NCBI GenBank assembly: GCA_964187785.1 | Contig: OZ076409.1 | Span: forward strand, 68,078,001-68,142,000 | Source: Amphiscolops sp. MND2022 | Lineage: Eukaryota | Reading direction: 5' to 3' | Length of the DNA stretch: 64,000 nt | Translations under genes and position numbers: made by a program | Notes under the pieces: model-generated | Told to the model about the DNA's origin: nothing | Databases searched by the model: none | What the model saw: only the letters and a program-made list of their open reading frames with translations | In this document: piece by piece, positions 58,631-64,000 of the stretch | How positions within the stretch are numbered: the first letter of the stretch is position 1 | How the letters are laid out: every line of letters begins with the position of its first letter

Positions 58631-59633
58631 AAATTTCCTACCATATAGCTGGAGAGTAAAATTAGTTGTTTGCTTCTGGTCAACTAGTAACATTGTTACT
58701 AATGACTAGTTTATTTGATTAAACGTTTTCTCTTTTTTCTTTTGTATTTTCCAACGGTTAATCCGTTGTTAAAGACAAATCAATCAGGGTATTAAGCCAT
58801 GTGAATCAACATCAACAAACACTTTAACTTGATCAATTATGAAAACAGCAACAAGAACAATTATTAGAGAATAAGAATCTCAGTTTATGATACAGTTTGA
58901 ATGTTTTTCAAAGTTTATAACGTTGGCAACAGTTGGCGTTTGATCTTCGGGTACCATGAAGGGCGTTACAGGGTTGATCTGCTTACCGGTGCTTACCGGT
59001 TGATCTCGGAAGGGTAGCCTGGCGACAACGTCTCGAAAACTGAAAATAAACTTGCCCGAGATGAGACTTTTTTAGTTTTGTTCGAGAAGAATCAAATTTT
59101 CATTGATTGCAAACACACAAGTTTGCGTACATTTTCCACTTGGTTAAGTTGGTGCAGGCATTCGTCCTCTTTGGGTCACGATAACAACCCAGTTTCAATT
59201 GAATAAGACTTTTCCTGGTATCTCTTCTTCGTTAGTTGGTTTGTTTTCCACGATTTCATCTCATTGAATGAAACGTGAAATCCCAAAATGAACGTTCTAG
59301 TCGGCGGACCAAATGTAACAGCTCCTGGAATCCTAGATGCAAATTCAAGGTGTACCGTAGCTCTGGTGCGTACTACTTTGTAACATTTCCGAGTCGGCTT
59401 AAGTTCAAAAGAACTGTATGCATTAGATTTTTCAGTAGAAGTTACTCTTGTACATTCTAATGAATGGTCACGTTTGGAAGAGACCAAGGGCCCTTTGTTT
59501 TTTCCCGATTTCACGGTACAAAGTTTCGAAATAACCAGGTGAATCAAAAGTTTTAGCGAATACATGACCAACAATGAAATTGGGAATCACGTAACAAAGT
59601 TCTCATGAAAACACTTGACACGATTATACACGG

Positions 59634-61182
59634 TGTCGCGTCCCCAAAGGTGCGATGGGTCCGGTGTGCATCTTTAAGAAGATAAACAACGCCTACAATG
59701 TTGTGTCAAACTCTAAAAACTCATCCACTAGTCATGTAACTTGTGTAAATATATTACTTCTAATCAGGGTCTCTTAATTGTTTTACTTTGTAAAAGTAAC
59801 ATCTTGATATACTTTGGGCAATTCCAAAAGCCTTAATGATGATTTTATTAGTTCAAATAACACATGTGCAGTGCTACTAATTTCATTCTGAACGAATGGT
59901 ATTAATTGGATACGTCATCATGCGATATGATTACTATTGAATATGCATCACTGCGCGCATTTGAACTCTCAGTATACGTCATTATGTGTTTCAACCATTA
60001 ATGAGTATACGTCACTATACGTATTTGTGACTTTCATTATGCGTCATTATGCGGTTTATGCAGTGATGAATATACGTCAGTATACATATTTTCTCATCCA
60101 AATTTATATGCGTCATCCCACGGTTCAAGGAGTAGCGAGTACTCGGCATTGTGCGTTTCTCGCTATGTTCCTTTTAATTTGAAGGATTAACTTTATGCTT
60201 CCATATATAGTGTTAAAAGTCCATAAAATATCGTTGTTTAATACTTTTCTAGGGTCTTTTAGACAGCGGAATCGTTTCTGTATGTCATGATATGATGACT
60301 CATAGTATATAAATAGGATGACGACATTCTGACGAGGCGCTATTATTAGGTTTTCCCGGGAATGATGCTAGTAAAATTGCGTGTCATCCTTTTGTAATTT
60401 TTGGATTTTCTTTAGAAATAGAAGGAGCTAACACAATTTGAATAACTTTCCTCAAGTCCAGTCTGTTTTTACTGGACCATAAAGCAATCATTGTAAATCA
60501 TCTTCATATTTGGACTTCCTAAACAACACAGTCTATTTTCATACAAACTTTCATCTCATATTCAAATTCTTGACCCTGCAAATCGATCGTTTTCACTTGA
60601 GAAAGATGGGGAATAAGAGAAACAGGAGATCTAGAAGGCTAGAAACACCGTCTCCAGACAGAAACCCAATTGAGGCACAAGTAGATACGTCAACTCAAGG
60701 TAATGAGACTTTGACTAATTTTAACTCAGTTTTACAGGAGAATTTAGGTGAAAACGTCTCAGAAAACCCAATGGTTGAACCAAGCCAAATTAGTAACGAA
60801 ATCCAAGCTTGGACCCAGATTATAGAACAAAAGAATAATGATAGAATCGAGAGAATGAGAGAAGAAATAGACAACAAGTTTGAAGCAATTCTGAAAGAAA
60901 TCAAGTCAAACAAAAGTGCATCGACAGTAACAAACCCAAGATCAGAGCTTAATGAAAATCAGGAACCCCAAGCGTCGGGGTCTAAAACTAACAAGTCTAT
61001 AGGAGTTCACGCATCTTTAAACAAAAATTCAGATTCAGAAAATGAAGATCATCCTCTAAGAGCTTCTAAAATGAAAGACTTGAGACATCCTGCTAAGCCT
61101 ATGTTTCGGGCTGAATCAGATGTAGATGTAACAATACACTCAGACGAAGAATCTGATGCAGAGTCCTTAGAGGATTATCACA
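59634..61182 (+). repeat. Putative 5' LTR of E (~1.55 kb; start tentative)
   Basis: Starts TGTCGCG and ends ...tatcaCA before TGGTGACAGGAGC. TATATAAAA at ~60307. Size is similar to the B LTR, but the second LTR is outside the window. Confidence 0.6.
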
Positions 61183-62296
61183 TGGTGACAGGAGCCAACC
61201 GCCAACTCCATAGGCAAAGTTCACAAAATCCTCTAAACGACACAACAGGATCCCACGCAAACCAAAATGCATCAAATTCAACAACAACATCACTTGATCC
61301 AGCCAATCAAATCGCACTTGCCATAGAAAAACTGGCGAACAAAAACTCACCACAATCACTGTTTCATCCTAAAAATACACTCTCCTTCAACGGAAAAAAC
61401 GAGAAAAACGAAAAATTTGAATACTTCGAAGACTTGTTTCACACAACACTCCGAATGCAACCAAACCTAACAGAGGACATGAAAATCAATCATTTTCACG
61501 CCCATCTCAGAGGTTTGGCCCTCAAAACCTTCAAAAATATACAGCGAACTCCAAATACCACTTTAGAAGACATTCTGAAAGTCTTTCGCAGAAAATATGT
61601 AAAACCGGAGTCTAGTGCATCTGCAAAACACAGATTTAACAGACTCTCATTTGACCCAGAACACCAAAAACTCCCGGATTTTCTAGAAGAACTCCAGGAA
61701 AGTGCCGAAAAAGCGTTTGGGGAGAACGCCCACCAAATGATAGAGAATCTACTCTATGCCAAAATGCCTCCCCACCTTAAAAAATCCATTAATCAAGCTT
61801 ATCTTGAAAATGGTACTTATGACCAGATTGTTAAACATCTAGAACGAGAAATGGAACTCAATGGTCTCGAGGCTGATGAATCTCTCGTCAAAACTCAAAT
61901 GACTGTTACCAAAAAAGAACAAACAACTGAAAAAACCAACAAAAAACAAGTAGACAAAAACAAAAAACAAACTCCCAAAACAGTACCGGACAAAACCCTC
62001 AAAATGACCAATGTCGTTACTGCAAAGAAGCAGGCCACATAGTAGCTGACTGTCCAAAGTTAGCTAAACGTCGCAAACTTGAAGAGGATCCAGATGCTGA
62101 GAAATGCCAAAACTGCAACACACCTGGACACGAAGAAGAAGACTGCTATTTCGGTGCTAATATGGAAAATCGTCCACTGAAATGGAACCTGACAGAAGCA
62201 CAAAAGAAGACCATAGAAGAATATAAACAAGCCAAAAAACCAATCAGACCAAAACTAGAACGATCTCAACAATCCTCATCGAAGGATTTAAACTAG
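60606..62296 (+). CDS. gag: Element E gag (single 1-nt frameshift in an A-run at ~62002)
   Basis: MGNKRNRRSRR...HMVTGA...FEYFEDLFHT. After the shift come CRYCKEAGHIVADC and CQNCNTPGHEEEDC. Ends KDLN*. Confidence 0.88.
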
Positions 62297-64000
62297 AAAC
62301 GCCACGCCTTTACACAAAACCACCACAAAAACCAAACTCATCTGATGACTGGCAGCATCAGTTGAGCCCAAAACTCACAAAAACAACACTCGTACAAACA
62401 GAATCAAACACCCAAACTTCTCAACACTCAACGGATAACCACTCAGAAGACTTATACGAACTCTTATGTGATGCTCCAGACAACTACTTCACAAAACAAC
62501 AAACCCATCCTGAAATTGACCCAGACTTCAATATTCACCACGATTCACCTATTAAAAATCATGTCACTATCAAAACTTCTTGCAATGATCAAAAACAACC
62601 CCTTCTAATTGAAGACCTAGCTGAACACCTACAATTTGACAAAGAACGCAACTTGTCATACCTACCAATTTCAACATCCTTGACATTGAAGCGCAAACGA
62701 CACATGTACTACATTCCAATGGACTTCCAAAACCTCACACTTGATGGTCTTATTGACACAGGAGCTCTCACAAGTGCAATCTCCGAACAAGACCTCAACA
62801 AAATCAAATTGCTCGCAAACGATGCGATAAAAGAAACTGGTCCTCCACCAAACTTCCAAATTATGGTGGCAAATGGACAACTAGAAGTCCCCATTGGTAC
62901 AGTATTACTAGAGTTCGAAGTCGCAGACTTCATGTTAAAGGAAAACTTCATCATCATGAAAACCCTACCAAACCCGCTCATCGGATTGTGTTTCCTTCGC
63001 CGAAACAATGCAATTTTCGATGTCACACAAGGAATCTTAACCTTTCCTTACCTCTCAATGCAACTGAAACCCGATACCCAAACAGCAATACGGCAAGCAA
63101 CACCATTGTTTGCAGAAAATACCTACACACTCAGGCCAGGCGAAACACTTGCTATAGCAAGCAAAATGCCTCACCTGATGGACCATAATGCAACCGGAAT
63201 AGTCACTCCATCACAACAATTTGAAAACCACGATAGTATTTTTATTACAGCATCACTTAGCACAGTTAATAATAATGCTATCGGCTACCAGATCATCAAT
63301 TTTTCAGAATTGCCATATACAATAACCATTGACACCCATTTAGCGGATTTCAAAATTCTGACCCCAGAACAAATCAAACACATCCAACCAGTAGACCCAG
63401 CAGTACTATCGTTTATGATACAACATGAAGAAACCATAGAAGTCTACATCAACGAACTCCTCAAAGTACCACAATCAACTCCTGAACAAGAATCGTACTG
63501 GTTCCCTACCCCAGAAGACCCAGGCGATCCCGCAACATACACTCAGATACAACAACGTATATATAACGAACTCCTCGAGTTAAAGGAACTTGAAAAACTC
63601 AACCCACATGACAATGAATCATCCAGGAAAACTTTCCTCTCAAATTTCGACTGGTCTGACACAACACTCAGCTCAGACGAACAACAAGAGATTGAAGAAA
63701 TTCTCGTCGAATTCCATGATATTTTCGCCAGACACCGTTTTGATATCGGTATAAACCGCGAATTCAAAGTGAAATTAACACCCAACGACGACAGACCAGC
63801 TTACAGCCAGAGTCTGCCAACTCCAATCAACCTCAAAGATGACATCACAGGAGAACTTGCGCTTCTACACAAGTACGGTATAATCACAACTCTACCGTTT
63901 TCCAAATATGCAAGCCCGATTTTTGCACAACGCAAACCAAACGGGCGCCTTAGACTCCTAGTCGACCTCCGGAAAATCAATAATCTTATCACTGAAGATT
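62287..64000 (+). CDS. pol: Element E pol (partial): protease and N-terminus of RT, in the -1 frame
   Basis: Open frame from the slippery TTTAAAC (62287-62293), with GLIDTGA, LIGLCFL and YASPIFAQRKPNGRLRLLVDLRKIN at the window end. Confidence 0.9.

Larger units (their letters stand above)
59634..64000 (+). mobile_element. Element E: Gypsy LTR retrotransposon, 5' part, truncated by the window end
   Basis: Putative LTR, PBS at 61183, gag, a -1 frameshift site, then pol with PR and the start of RT. Confidence 0.9.

Overview
Eukaryotic, repeat-dense window (probably animal) made almost entirely of nested LTR retrotransposons. No host gene, rRNA/tRNA gene or CRISPR array is supported. (A) A very young ~19.2-kb Ty3/Gypsy element on the minus strand (5492-24702, near-identical ~733-bp LTRs). 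It has a ~3255-codon gag-pol with one in-frame TGA, a probable duplicated protease, and TARG1-like macrodomains after the integrase. A large extra ORF in the env position looks like an SGNH esterase fold. (B) A is inserted 27 bp into the 5' LTR of a plus-strand Gypsy element (5465-39696, ~1.5-kb LTRs, TSD CTTGG). B has lost PR-RT-RNaseH and has a 2.5-kb tandem duplication. It also carries an antisense, intron-containing BED-finger/hAT-transposase-like gene and a sense ORF running into the 3' LTR. (C) A decayed BEL/Pao element (~42-47 kb). (D) A decayed minus-strand Gypsy (~47-58.6 kb) with a 3.2-kb tandem duplication and a remnant homologous to B's antisense gene. (E) The 5' part of a related plus-strand Gypsy that runs off the window. 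In B, D and E the gag ORF starts about 550-580 nt inside the LTR and reads through the PBS. The best candidate for an undescribed system is the spliced antisense transposase-derived gene shared by B and D. All domain calls come from reading motifs by eye, not from database searches.
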